From Flavobacteriia bacterium (lineage in GTDB: Bacteria > Bacteroidota > Bacteroidia > Flavobacteriales > Flavobacteriaceae), in assembly GCA_002747695.1 (NCBI GenBank), contig PDQD01000050.1, positions 1 through 63,298 of the forward strand: 63,298 nt of DNA. Direction: 5' to 3'. The translations under genes and the position numbers were made by a program. The notes under the pieces are model-generated. The model ran no database searches. It was not told the DNA's origin and saw nothing but the letters and a program-made list of their open reading frames with translations. The number at the start of each line of letters is the position of its first letter. Position 1 is the first letter of the stretch. Shown piece after piece: positions 1-10,300 of this stretch.

Positions 1-294
1 CATCCTGATTTAGCCCACTGTTTTAACCCCAACTATAAAGTGATGACAGAAAGGGAAATTTACAATCCCGACACCCATGAGAGTATTATTCCGGACAGAC
101 TGGTGTTTTTTGACACGCAACATATAGGCATCTACGATTATAAAACAGGAACACCTCTGGAAACGCATCAACATCAACTCTCCCACTACGCCCATATCCT
201 AACAGCTATGGGCTATAAGGTCAAAGAAACCTGTCTTATTTATATTGGAACTGACAGTGTTGAAGTTAATAAATCAAATGCTACAAGTCTGTAG
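1..294 (+). CDS. PD-(D/E)XK nuclease family protein, C-terminal fragment (5' end outside window)
   Basis: Frame 1 is open from base 1 with no stop. The motif ..IIPDRLVFF..IGIYDYKTG.. resembles the D...(D/E)xK nuclease core of RecB/AddB-like C-terminal domains. Confidence 0.45.
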   Translation, partial: HPDLAHCFNPNYKVMTEREIYNPDTHESIIPDRLVFFDTQHIGIYDYKTGTPLETHQHQLSHYAHILTAMGYKVKETCLIYIGTDSVEVNKSNATSL

Positions 295-373
295 AATCAA
301 AGTCATTCTAAACACATCTGTGCATTTGTGATCAATGGAAAAAATGAACGGCTATTGTCAGGGGTCTATCAGT

Positions 374-1729
374 TTAAAATATATAGTTTAACCCGATATA
401 CAATCCGGAACTACCATCTTCTTTTTTGGCAGCCATACCATAATCCACCGCTACGATAAAGTTATTATTCAAGGCAAAATGTAATCCCGCACCATAACCG
501 ATGTGTAAACCTTCATCCTGCTTGTTAAACCATTCGTTGCGAATAAAATCCCCGGTATAACCGTAGGCATCTGTTACACCATCAGTATTGATCTCATAGC
601 GTTTGGTCACCATACCTGCATCCATAAAACCACTCAGGGCGATATAGAAATCCTGTTTCAACAATTTGGTTTTCCAAAACTTATAACGCAATTCCACATT
701 ACCCAAAGCCACACCATCACCTACCACGCGGTTACGCAGGACACCTCTCAGGTTTTTAGCACCGCCCAAACCGTTTTGTGTTTGCTTGGAATCAAAGAAA
801 TAGGGCAACATATAAAAGGGCGTTGTACCGGCAATTTTGGACTGCCAACTCAAACGGTAAGCTAAGGTCAAACGTTCAGGAGCCAAGGTAAAATATTGTC
901 TGTGGGTCAACATTAAACGGGCGTAACCACCATCTTTATTGGCTAAAAACTTAGGTGCTGACAACAAAATCGCTTCAGACCACATACCTTTGTTGGGACT
1001 GGCTTCGTTATCTCTGGTGTCATAAATAATTCCTGTTTTAACAAACATACTGTTACCCCCACCGGCTTGCGACTCATCTATGATATTCCAATCGACATAG
1101 CTATCATACAATGTGGGGACATCCGGTAATAAATCTGCTTCGTCTTTACCTTTGTTGAGTTTTGCTAAATCTAATGGTTCTACCTTTGTGTTATAAAAAG
1201 CAACACCGGCTAACCAACGAATATTCTTATTTTTCGTTTGTCCTTGAAAATCAGCTTTAAGCCGCAACAATTTACGTTGATGTCTGTAAAATAGTCTGGA
1301 GATATAAGCCGCCTCATTAGTATCGTCTACATAAGAAGCATTGTACGTTGACTCATACCCATTAAACCCATAAAAATCGAGTGCTTGTTCAGGAAAATAT
1401 CCGGCTTCCGCTATCATTTGCACACCCGGAATCAATGAACGGGTATCATAAACTATCTGGGCAATCATACTTCCCTTAGTCGTATTTGACCATTCTAAAT
1501 ACAGGGATTGATCATAATTTGGATAGCGCGAACCATCCCCATAATCATAGAGGTTAACCACTGCGCCATATTTAAACCCAAGATCAGAATCATAAGCCAA
1601 CGCAGGCACACCGCCTATTGTATAGCCGGTTTTAACATATTCTCCTTCTGATTCTGTAGTGTCTTCTGTTTGCGCCCATATAACGCTGGTAGTTAGAAGT
1701 AATAACAAAGTATAAAAAAACTTTTTCAT
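374..1729 (-). CDS. Outer-membrane beta-barrel protein, Omp85/BamA (surface antigen D15)-like
   Basis: Signal peptide MKKFFYTLLLLLTTSVIWA from the internal ATG at 1729 (cat at 1727-1729 verified). Alternating beta-strand pattern with aromatic C-terminus ..GLNYIF. Track start 1804 is probably over-extended. Confidence 0.55.
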   Translation of the reverse strand: MKKFFYTLLLLLTTSVIWAQTEDTTESEGEYVKTGYTIGGVPALAYDSDLGFKYGAVVNLYDYGDGSRYPNYDQSLYLEWSNTTKGSMIAQIVYDTRSLIPGVQMIAEAGYFPEQALDFYGFNGYESTYNASYVDDTNEAAYISRLFYRHQRKLLRLKADFQGQTKNKNIRWLAGVAFYNTKVEPLDLAKLNKGKDEADLLPDVPTLYDSYVDWNIIDESQAGGGNSMFVKTGIIYDTRDNEASPNKGMWSEAILLSAPKFLANKDGGYARLMLTHRQYFTLAPERLTLAYRLSWQSKIAGTTPFYMLPYFFDSKQTQNGLGGAKNLRGVLRNRVVGDGVALGNVELRYKFWKTKLLKQDFYIALSGFMDAGMVTKRYEINTDGVTDAYGYTGDFIRNEWFNKQDEGLHIGYGAGLHFALNNNFIVAVDYGMAAKKEDGSSGLYIGLNYIF

Positions 1730-1929
1730 GGTAAAAGTATTTGGTTTGTTGTCAAACAAACATACATAAAAATCTCTAACGAAAGAGAAATAGTATGCCG
1801 CCAATTAAAGCATGAAGCTTATTTTATCTAAATGATGTGTGACATCTTGTATATAGCCTAACCGGCTTAAAACAGCAAGGGATAAGTCTATAAACCGGCC
1901 ACAATCATGTATCTTATTATCGTCAGTTG

Positions 1930-2226
1930 CTACTTACGGTTTACAGCCTCAACACTCCAGGCCATAGGTTTATTGCTGTTAAACAATGACTTAGTTTTAA
2001 CCCATACACCTCTAAAAAAGTCAGTTTTAAGGTATTGTTCAAGGTCTTTACCCGTTTCCCATGCAGAAAAAGAGAAAACAATCCTCGGATTATTCAGGTC
2101 TTGCATCAGATACACATCTGTACATCCCGGCTGTTCACGTATGGTCTTTTGTATCGTATCAAAATAGGTTAAAAACTCATTTACTTTTTCAGGTTCAAAT
2201 TCCATTTTTACAATTCTAGTCAGCAT
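1930..2226 (-). CDS. ABM (antibiotic biosynthesis monooxygenase)/Dabb-fold small protein
   Basis: 98 aa with a ferredoxin-like pattern: IVKMEF..FL..F....I....GC....L.QD...P..F.F.S.WE... Confidence 0.5.
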   Translation of the reverse strand: MLTRIVKMEFEPEKVNEFLTYFDTIQKTIREQPGCTDVYLMQDLNNPRIVFSFSAWETGKDLEQYLKTDFFRGVWVKTKSLFNSNKPMAWSVEAVNRK

Positions 2227-2237
2227 GTTTATAGTAT

Positions 2238-3065
2238 TTAATTAAATTCGATTTTAAATGCATCCCCCACTTTCATGCCCAACAAACTCGCCGCACTTCC
2301 ACCAAAATCGGGATTACTTTTATACAACGCTACCTCAAGATGACCAATGGAATTAAACACGGCCATAGCCTTACCTGCATTGGCCATTGTAGCATCTTCA
2401 TCGGGTTTTTTGGGTAACAATTCTGAGTACTTTCTATGTATGACCTGTAACTTTTCACTACTCATATAAATGGTAAAGTTACGACCCTGGGATTTTTCTA
2501 CAAAGACTTTTTCAGTGATATCTGTAATAAGATTACCAAACCTGTCTATATATATGATATGTCCTGTAATTTCTGATAAGACAGACATATCCGGCGTCAG
2601 ACGTTTCCAGGTTTTAACCTCTTTGACGGGTTTCCCAATGGATTTAAGCGGCTTATTCAGCAATAGTTGCTGTACCACATCCGGAAAAACATCACGCATG
2701 GGCGACATTGTTTGTTCAGAGCGGTCATGATGGATTTCTATAATATTCTGTCTTTCAGTATCATCCAGTAAGGAAAAAATGCCATTGTCTGCACCAATAA
2801 AATAATGATTGTTTTGTTTGACTAACAAATGCTTCTGCCGGTCATGGGCTTCTGCATCAATACCTATAAGATGAATCGTTTTTTCGGGGAAAAAAGGATA
2901 GGTTTTAGACAAAACAAATGCACCTTCAATAATACTGAAAGGCTTAACATCATGACTTATATCTACTATTTGCAAGGATTGTTCACGCTTTAATAACTCA
3001 GCTTTTACCATGGCTACATGATAATCTGACGTTCCAAAATCTGATAATAGTGTTACAATCGCCAT
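2238..3065 (-). CDS. SAM hydrolase / SAM-dependent halogenase family protein (DUF62)
   Basis: N-terminus MAIVTLLSDFGTSDYHVAMVKAELL and a later IDRFGNLITDI are typical of the S-adenosyl-L-methionine hydroxide adenosyltransferase family. Confidence 0.7.
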   Translation of the reverse strand: MAIVTLLSDFGTSDYHVAMVKAELLKREQSLQIVDISHDVKPFSIIEGAFVLSKTYPFFPEKTIHLIGIDAEAHDRQKHLLVKQNNHYFIGADNGIFSLLDDTERQNIIEIHHDRSEQTMSPMRDVFPDVVQQLLLNKPLKSIGKPVKEVKTWKRLTPDMSVLSEITGHIIYIDRFGNLITDITEKVFVEKSQGRNFTIYMSSEKLQVIHRKYSELLPKKPDEDATMANAGKAMAVFNSIGHLEVALYKSNPDFGGSAASLLGMKVGDAFKIEFN

Positions 3066-3184
3066 AGTTAAAATTTACATTTTTCGAAACAAAAATCTAT
3101 ATCCAACGGCTTTTTTTTATAATTTAGCCCTACGGCATACAAATGTACAATTTTTAAAACCCACAGAAAAAAATATTTACTACT

Positions 3185-4129
3185 TTGAACGAAAGACTGA
3201 TTGAACTTACAGACATTAACCCTGTCAACTTTTTTGGGGTGAACAATGCTAATCTGCAAATCCTCATAAAACACTTTCCAAAACTGAAGATTATCGCCAG
3301 AGGATCTACCATAAAAACTTTTGGTGAAGCAGATATTCTGGATGAATTTGAAAGAGTTATGGAACGCTTAACGGCTCATTATCACAGGTATAATGCCTTG
3401 GATGAAAATACTATTGAACGTCTTTTGTTTTCAGCGGAAAACTCTGTTGACATTAACGATTCAGAGGTTTTACTCCACGGGGTCAATGGTAAGATTATCA
3501 AAGCAAAAACAAAAAATCAAAAAGCAATGGTCAAAGCACTTCAAAAGAATGACATGCTTTTTGCCGTAGGTCCTGCCGGTACCGGAAAGACTTACACCGC
3601 TGTAGCAATTGCCGTAAAAATGCTTAAAGACAAACAAATCAGACGTATCATTCTGACCCGCCCTGCTGTAGAAGCCGGTGAAAACCTTGGTTTTTTACCG
3701 GGCGATCTTAAAGAGAAATTAGATCCGTATATGCAACCCCTATACGATGCTCTACGGGATATGATTCCGCATGAAAAACTACATTCTTATTTTGAAAAAG
3801 GCGTCATACAAATAGCCCCTCTGGCTTTTATGCGCGGGCGCACCCTCAATGATTCTTTTGTCATACTGGATGAAGCTCAAAACGCCACTCACAGCCAGAT
3901 GAAAATGTTCCTTACCCGTATGGGTACTCATGCTAAATTTGTTGTCACCGGCGATCCCGGACAAGTAGATTTACCAACAAAACAAGTAACAGGCCTTAAA
4001 GAAGTGATTTTGGCACTCAAAAACATCAAAGGTATTTCTATTGTATATTTAAAAGAAGAAGATGTCATGCGTCACCGGTTAGTCAAACGCATCATCGAAG
4101 TTTACAATATAATTGAAGGAATGAAGTAG
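3185..4129 (+). CDS. phoH: PhoH-family ATPase
   Basis: Walker A GPAGTGKTY, Walker B FVILDEAQN and VVTGDPGQVDLP. TTG start at 3185 verified. The N-terminus MNERLIEL is typical of Bacteroidota PhoH-like proteins. Confidence 0.9.
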   Translation: MNERLIELTDINPVNFFGVNNANLQILIKHFPKLKIIARGSTIKTFGEADILDEFERVMERLTAHYHRYNALDENTIERLLFSAENSVDINDSEVLLHGVNGKIIKAKTKNQKAMVKALQKNDMLFAVGPAGTGKTYTAVAIAVKMLKDKQIRRIILTRPAVEAGENLGFLPGDLKEKLDPYMQPLYDALRDMIPHEKLHSYFEKGVIQIAPLAFMRGRTLNDSFVILDEAQNATHSQMKMFLTRMGTHAKFVVTGDPGQVDLPTKQVTGLKEVILALKNIKGISIVYLKEEDVMRHRLVKRIIEVYNIIEGMK

Positions 4130-4187
4130 GTATTTAGTTTGGGGGTTAAGTATTGGGTTTTAGCTACCGCAAACTACCAACTGCATA

Positions 4188-5573
4188 CTAACGTCCTTTC
4201 ATAAAAAGAACCGTATTAAAGGTTTTTTGAAAAATCAAAAAGTCTAAATACAAGCTCTTTTCTTTGATATAATACAAATCATAAAGCAGTTTTTCTTCCT
4301 GTTCTTCCAGTGTCGTAGCATAAGGGCAATTAACCTGAGCCCAACCCGTAATACCGGGTTTCACAGTATGTCTGATTTCATAAAAGGGCAATTGTTTGGC
4401 CAATTCTGCAACAATTTCAGGCCGTTCAGGTCTGGGTCCGACCAATGACATATTACCAATCAATACATTAAACATTTGCGGAACCTCATCCAATCGAGAA
4501 CTTCGCAAGAATTTCCCAAAACGTGTAATACGCGTATCACCCTTAACAGAGGTCATCGCTACACCTTGTTCGGCATTGGGAATCATTGTACGCAACTTAT
4601 ATATGGTAAACGGTTTTGAGTTTTTACCGGTACGTTGCTGAGTGTAAAACAAGGGACCTCTGTTCAAAAACACATTGACCAAAAGGATAAAAGGAAGTAA
4701 CGGAACAAAGAAAGCCAATATAACGACCGACAAGGCTATATCAAGTACACGTATAAAACCCAAATACATCCTGTTGTCATAATGTCTACTGAAAGTGTAT
4801 TGTTCATAAAAAAAATCATTGAGATTTTCTCTGGAAACACGCTTCCGTAATTCCTCAAGATAAGACACTGAAGATTTCACCTTTACGCCCTTTTTAAACA
4901 TATCCAGAAGATCTTCATTAACCCTTTTATACTCAAAACCTCTGTCAAAAGGACAAATAATCACCTCATTACAAGCACTTTCCATGACGACCTCTTTAAT
5001 ATCATCGTTATAAACACACTTGTATGGAATATGATTAATGGAATCATTTTTAGTATCAGAGAAATAAGCAACAATCTTATGTTCAGGTTCATATAACTCC
5101 AATTCCCGGATCAAGGTAGCTACCCTGTCTTTTGGAGCAATGACGATTTTATTGACTGTGAATTCAGGTGAGAAAATAAACTCTATATATAACAACCTAA
5201 AAACAATCATAGGTAGAAACACAGCAACGCCAAAATATAAAAGTTGTAATCTGTTTGGGGGTAGAGATGGTGTAAAAACAGGTGTGAGAAAAAATAAAAT
5301 ATTGGTCGCTAAAATTGCCAGAATTACACTTCTTAATGATTTTACAATATCATTAGCGATACTCAACTTATACATTTCAAAAATCTCTGCAAAGAAATAG
5401 AAGTATAGCAAATAGGTTAAAATCCAAATATCAAAACGTTCATTATTGATGGAAAAATACACTTCTTTAACTGTCCACGATGAAAAATACGCACCAATTA
5501 GTATAGCTGCAAAATCAAAAAAACGCAATAATATTCTACGTTCAGAAATATTGATGTGGTTAAGTTTGGGCAT
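4188..5573 (-). CDS. Polyprenyl-phosphate sugar-phosphate transferase (WbaP/EpsB-type bacterial sugar transferase)
   Basis: N-terminal TM helices. C-terminal catalytic domain has PLFYTQQRTGKNSKPFTIYKLRTM...RLDEVPQ..NVL.G.MSLVGPRPERP. Confidence 0.85.
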   Translation of the reverse strand: MPKLNHINISERRILLRFFDFAAILIGAYFSSWTVKEVYFSINNERFDIWILTYLLYFYFFAEIFEMYKLSIANDIVKSLRSVILAILATNILFFLTPVFTPSLPPNRLQLLYFGVAVFLPMIVFRLLYIEFIFSPEFTVNKIVIAPKDRVATLIRELELYEPEHKIVAYFSDTKNDSINHIPYKCVYNDDIKEVVMESACNEVIICPFDRGFEYKRVNEDLLDMFKKGVKVKSSVSYLEELRKRVSRENLNDFFYEQYTFSRHYDNRMYLGFIRVLDIALSVVILAFFVPLLPFILLVNVFLNRGPLFYTQQRTGKNSKPFTIYKLRTMIPNAEQGVAMTSVKGDTRITRFGKFLRSSRLDEVPQMFNVLIGNMSLVGPRPERPEIVAELAKQLPFYEIRHTVKPGITGWAQVNCPYATTLEEQEEKLLYDLYYIKEKSLYLDFLIFQKTFNTVLFMKGR

Positions 5574-5819
5574 TTATTTTTGGGTGTTAAGTTTGAATAT
5601 TTATTTATTGGGCATTGACAAAGTAAAAATTTAAACTATTAATTATGTAAAAACATTAATCAAAAGTATAAAAAAATTCTAAAAACACGAAAAAAATTAT
5701 ACAATTGATAAAGTAATTATTAGTAATTTAACCTATATTAATGAAATACTGACAGTTCTATAAATACACCTATTAATCATATTAAGTTTGATAAAAGTGG
5801 TAATAAAAATCTGAAAACA

Positions 5820-7124
5820 TTACACATATGAAATATAACTTTTTAATTTTCCTCTGGCATCTTTATTTAAAGTTTCTGTATGCTGAATCTCATACGATAC
5901 ATCATCCTTAAAATACTTAATTATTTCTTTTTCTAACAAGTCGTGCTGTTCAGCGGTTAACGTCTCCTCTACTTTAAATATAAGTTTACCTTTTTCGGGT
6001 TGTATGACTTGATAGGTTAATGACAATTTGTGCTCTTTATTGAGGTTTTTAAATAAATGTACAAAACTCATAGAGGGATATACCTGTGAGACCCCATAAA
6101 CCTCTCGTCCTATACGACCTGTAATTTCATGTAACATCCTGTGCTGTCTGCCACAACTACAGGTTTCATCTGCATCGGCTAAAGCAACATAATCCCCGAG
6201 TCTGTAACGTATAATCGGAAAAGACTTCATCGCAAGATTGGTCACAATGATTTCCCCCTTCTCCTCTTCTACGATTACACCTTCCATATTGAGATGTAGC
6301 TTACCATGAGGACACTCAAAAGCTATGATACCGGATTCAACGGAACCGTATTCACAAATCATTTTTTTACCAAAGGCTTTTTGAACTTCATTGATATAAG
6401 AATCATAGATTTTTTCCGAAGTTCCCTTAACCATTTTTAGTTGGTTAAACGTCAAATTACGATCTTTAGCATTTATCATTTTAGCCAACCGGTATATGAT
6501 TGAAGAATAACCACTAATATAACTTACTTTCTTCAGTTTATGAATCAGCCTTTCAAAATCACGTTCTTCATAGTTAAACAACCTTAATCTATTGAGTAAA
6601 AAATCCTGAAACCTTACTTTCAAAGCCCGGACTTTATCAAAATCATATCCCCAAAAATATAGATTACGCTCCCAAACTTTAACACCATACCAAGCATAAC
6701 CCCTTTTAATCGATGCCCGATTAAAAGAATCTGCATATTCATCCCTTATAAACGTCAAAGGCACACCGGTACTACCGGAAGTCAACACATTATAGAGTTT
6801 TTTAAATCTAAAACTGTCTGTAGTATGCATGCTTTTATTGTGATCAACTAAATCTTTTTTAGTCAAAATAGGCAATCGCTTTAAGTCTTCAAGCGTCTTA
6901 AAACTATCCGGAGTCATATGCAGATCATCCAATAGTTTTTTATAATATGTGGAATGCTTATAAGCATGCGTTAACAACGCTTTAAGTTTAATGACTTGCA
7001 AACGTTCCAGTTCTTCTCTCGAAGCAAAATCACTTGCCATCAACTCATTAAAAATGCCTTGCAGTGAAGGATTTCTCAATCTTTCACCAATATTGTAAAT
7101 AATCTTATGTAGTTTTATACTCAT
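5820..7124 (-). CDS. PaaK/CapK-like adenylate-forming enzyme (phenylacetate-CoA ligase / F390 synthetase family), copy A
   Basis: AMP-binding P-loop TSGSTGVPLTF. C-terminal CSCGRQHRMLHEITGRIGRE resembles the PaaK hinge. 434 aa. ATGA overlap with the upstream GT4. Confidence 0.75.
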   Translation of the reverse strand: MSIKLHKIIYNIGERLRNPSLQGIFNELMASDFASREELERLQVIKLKALLTHAYKHSTYYKKLLDDLHMTPDSFKTLEDLKRLPILTKKDLVDHNKSMHTTDSFRFKKLYNVLTSGSTGVPLTFIRDEYADSFNRASIKRGYAWYGVKVWERNLYFWGYDFDKVRALKVRFQDFLLNRLRLFNYEERDFERLIHKLKKVSYISGYSSIIYRLAKMINAKDRNLTFNQLKMVKGTSEKIYDSYINEVQKAFGKKMICEYGSVESGIIAFECPHGKLHLNMEGVIVEEEKGEIIVTNLAMKSFPIIRYRLGDYVALADADETCSCGRQHRMLHEITGRIGREVYGVSQVYPSMSFVHLFKNLNKEHKLSLTYQVIQPEKGKLIFKVEETLTAEQHDLLEKEIIKYFKDDVSYEIQHTETLNKDARGKLKSYISYV

Positions 7125-8134
7125 AGTTTACCTAATAATTTAAACCATTGTTGTCTAACCACTGACCAATCAAATTGATCCACTTTGTGTTTGGCTTTGT
7201 CAGTCAAGCTTGTGACTAATTCAGAACTAGACAACAAACGTTTTACAGCTTTAACCATAGCCTCTACATCACCGGAATCTACCAGAAAAGCCTCAAGCCC
7301 ATCCTCGACCAAATAAGGTAAGCCTCCCACATTCGTAGAGACTACAGGTAAGCCCAATGCCATAGCTTCCATAACACTAAGCGGCGTATTGTCTATAGTT
7401 GTGGTATTGATAAAAACATCATAGTCTTCAGACAATTTTATCCAATCTTCCAGTTTCATAACACCCGTAAATGTTACCGATTTCTCCAAGTCCAATGTTT
7501 TAACTAAAGCATGTGTTTCTTCCCAGCTTTTGTCTTTTTTTGGTCCTACCATACACAATTCAGCTTTAGGATACGTTTCTTTTAGTTTATGAAGTACACG
7601 AACAGCCATCGTGGGGTGATAGAATTGGGCAAAAGCACGTACCCATAACAATCTGGGCTGTAAATCTGCCCTTGATTTATATTTAAACATCTTAAGATCC
7701 AAAACATTGGGTATAAGCGTGGTAGAATAACCCCGACTCTCAAACTCATATTTCATATAACCCGATGGGGCTACATTGGTCAATGCATGCTTAAAAATAG
7801 CTTGTGACAACCTTGGCTTTTGATCTAATCGTTGAGGTAAATTTCCTCCATGAAGAATGGTAATATAGGGTTTATGGATTAACCTTGCTATTTGACTAGT
7901 GACATAAGCATAATAAAAACTCTGGGCACTATAGGTATCTATCAGTACTAAATCTTTTTTGTAAAAGAGCGTAGCAAATACCATATGTAGCATCCGGATA
8001 AGCTTATTTTTGTATGATGAGACACGTATGATGTCAAAACCTTCATCTTCTAACAAACCACCCAGTGTAGCCATAGTAGATTGGTAATTGGATTTTTTGG
8101 TCAAATCGCTACCTATATAGAGAATTGTTTTCAA
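7121..8134 (-). CDS. Glycosyltransferase family 4 (GT-B), copy A
   Basis: E(x7)E-type C-terminal half ..SVMEAMALGLPVVSTNVGGLPYLVEDG.. 337 aa. TTG start (caa at 8132-8134). Confidence 0.8.
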   Translation of the reverse strand: MKTILYIGSDLTKKSNYQSTMATLGGLLEDEGFDIIRVSSYKNKLIRMLHMVFATLFYKKDLVLIDTYSAQSFYYAYVTSQIARLIHKPYITILHGGNLPQRLDQKPRLSQAIFKHALTNVAPSGYMKYEFESRGYSTTLIPNVLDLKMFKYKSRADLQPRLLWVRAFAQFYHPTMAVRVLHKLKETYPKAELCMVGPKKDKSWEETHALVKTLDLEKSVTFTGVMKLEDWIKLSEDYDVFINTTTIDNTPLSVMEAMALGLPVVSTNVGGLPYLVEDGLEAFLVDSGDVEAMVKAVKRLLSSSELVTSLTDKAKHKVDQFDWSVVRQQWFKLLGKL

Positions 8135-8250
8135 TATTTTTTGAGAGTTTAATAAAATTTATATTCGAACGGGTTAAGTTGACGTCTATTAAATTATAAA
8201 AGTGAATTTTAAAGAAATTGTTCAGTTATTTTTATACATTACACAATAAA

Positions 8251-9003
8251 TCATCTGTACTTTAAATAGCCATTAATTGCCCAATGGGTTAAATAATACA
8301 CAGTTGTTGGTATAGATTGTTTTAAATAATGTCTATGAAAAGTCCATTGATGGCGAATTAAATTCATTTTATTACCAGATAATGATTCTTTTTGAATTCT
8401 GTATTGTGCCAGTACTTCAGGATTCCCATAAGCATATTTAATTTTTTTCAGATATTTTAACCACAAACCCATGTCTTGTCTGTACCTGATTTCAGGCATG
8501 TATTCTGTCCCTAAACGCTCTCTGTCTATAAAAGCGGTTAAACAGCCTATGGCATTCGATTTTAAAACATCATTGTATGCTATTTTTTTGGGGGGTATAA
8601 AATCATCTAAAAACACTTTTGTTTCATCTATTAAACGTTTGTATCCCGAACACACGAACCCTTCTGATTCTTTGACAAAACGCAAAGATTTTTCAAGAAA
8701 ATCCGGCATCCACAAATCATCTGCATCCAAAAAGGCAAGGTAACGTCCGGAGGCTTGTTTTATGGCCATGTTTCGCGCTTTGGCTGCTCCCAAATTCTCC
8801 TCAAATGTAAATAATTTTATATTGGGATATTGCTGTATATAACTTGTTATAATAGATACTGATTGATCCGTAGAGGAATCATCAACGATGAGTAATTCCC
8901 AGTTCTTGTAAGTCTGATTGACGACACTAGAAATTGTTTCTTCTATAGAACTTGCCGCATTATAACATGGGGTAATAATGGATACCAATTGATTATCAAA
9001 CAT
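8251..9003 (-). CDS. Glycosyltransferase family 2
   Basis: VSIITPCYNAASSIEETISSV..Q.Y.NWELLIVDDSSTD ... FLDADD (DxD). Its start overlaps the stop of CapK-like copy B by 8 nt. Confidence 0.85.
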   Translation of the reverse strand: MFDNQLVSIITPCYNAASSIEETISSVVNQTYKNWELLIVDDSSTDQSVSIITSYIQQYPNIKLFTFEENLGAAKARNMAIKQASGRYLAFLDADDLWMPDFLEKSLRFVKESEGFVCSGYKRLIDETKVFLDDFIPPKKIAYNDVLKSNAIGCLTAFIDRERLGTEYMPEIRYRQDMGLWLKYLKKIKYAYGNPEVLAQYRIQKESLSGNKMNLIRHQWTFHRHYLKQSIPTTVYYLTHWAINGYLKYR

Positions 9004-10300
9004 ATGAAATAAAGCTTTTTAATTTTCCTTTACCGTCTCTACTTAAGACTTGTGTATGTTGAATATCATACACTATATCATCTTTAAAATATTTAACTAT
9101 TTCTTTCTCCAAAATCGCTTGCTCCTCCGGGGATAATGTTTCTTCTACTTTAAATATCAGCTTACCTTTTTCAGGTTGAATAGTTTGGTAAGTTAATATT
9201 AATTGCGAGTGTTTAACGAGGTTTTTATACAACGAAACAAAATATAAGGAAGGATATATCTGGGAGAAGCCATAAACATCTTGCCCTATCCTACCCGTAA
9301 CTTCATGTAACATCCTGTGCTGTCTTCCACAGGCACAAACTTCATCCGGCTCAGCTAAATTAACATAATCCCCCAACTTGAACCTTATCACAGGAAAAGA
9401 TGTCATCGACAGATTCGTCACAATGATTTCCCCTTGTTCCACTTCTACAATCACTCCTTCCATATTGATATGCATCTTGCCATGAGGACACTCAAAGGCT
9501 ATAATTCCTGTTTCGGCAGCGCCATATTCACTAATTATCTTTCGACCAAAAGCCTCCTGGACTACCTCATGGTATGATTCATAGATTTTTTCCGATGTCC
9601 CCTTAATCATTTTTAACTGATTGAACTCAAACTTTTTATTTGAATCATTAATCAATTTAGCCAAACGGTATATCATTGATGAATAACCACCGAGATAAGA
9701 CGCTTTTTTGAGTTTATGTATAAACCGACCTAATTCTTTTTTGTTATAAGTGTACAACCTAAACCTATTGAGAAAAAAATCTTGTAATTTTGTTTTTAAC
9801 GTCTTAAATCTATCAAAGTCATATCCCCATAAATATCCGTTACGTTCCCAAATACTAACCCCATACCATGCATAACCTCTTTGAATAGATGCCCGATTAA
9901 ATGAATCTGCATATTCATCCCTTAAAAATACTAAAGACTCACCTGTACTTCCGGATGTTGCAGCTTTAAATAATTTTTTAAACTTAAAACTGTTCGTGGT
10001 ATGTATACTTTTATTGTGGTCTATCAAATCTTTTTTGGTTAGTACCGGCATTTTTTTTAAATCCTCAAGAGCGTTAATCTGCTCTGGCTTGATATGATTC
10101 TCGTCTAACAGTTTTCTGTAAAAAGGCGAATGCTTATAGGCATGTGAAACCAATGCCTTGAGTTTAAGTAACTGCTGATGTTCCAACTCTTGTCTCGAAG
10201 CAAAATCATTCGCCATTAATTCTTTAAAAATACCATCCAATGAAGGATTTCTCAATCTTTCACCGAGTTTGTAGATTATTCTATAACATTGCTTTCTCAT
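8996..10300 (-). CDS. PaaK/CapK-like adenylate-forming enzyme, copy B
   Basis: TSGSTGESLVF and CACGRQHRMLHEVTGRIGQD. I chose the internal ATG at 10300 (cat at 10298-10300). That gives 434 aa, the same ATGA coupling as copy A, and aligns MRKQCYRIIYKLGERL with MSIKLHKIIYNIGERL. Confidence 0.75.
   Translation of the reverse strand: MRKQCYRIIYKLGERLRNPSLDGIFKELMANDFASRQELEHQQLLKLKALVSHAYKHSPFYRKLLDENHIKPEQINALEDLKKMPVLTKKDLIDHNKSIHTTNSFKFKKLFKAATSGSTGESLVFLRDEYADSFNRASIQRGYAWYGVSIWERNGYLWGYDFDRFKTLKTKLQDFFLNRFRLYTYNKKELGRFIHKLKKASYLGGYSSMIYRLAKLINDSNKKFEFNQLKMIKGTSEKIYESYHEVVQEAFGRKIISEYGAAETGIIAFECPHGKMHINMEGVIVEVEQGEIIVTNLSMTSFPVIRFKLGDYVNLAEPDEVCACGRQHRMLHEVTGRIGQDVYGFSQIYPSLYFVSLYKNLVKHSQLILTYQTIQPEKGKLIFKVEETLSPEEQAILEKEIVKYFKDDIVYDIQHTQVLSRDGKGKLKSFISYV

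Larger units (their letters stand above)
5820..8134. repeat. Diverged tandem duplication, unit A (GT4 + CapK-like)
   Basis: Same gene order, protein lengths (337 and 434 aa) and 4-nt ATGA junction as unit B. DNA is recognisably similar by eye, e.g. CATATGAAATA.A.CTTTTTAATTTTCCT at both 3' ends. Confidence 0.8.

Noticed and set aside
5775-5827. A possible decayed remnant of the GT2 gene 5' end downstream of CapK-like copy A. This would imply the duplicated unit originally included GT2.
   Set aside because: Beyond the embedded ATG, the similarity is limited to TTATTACC.C..TTAT. That is too short to distinguish from chance in AT-rich DNA.
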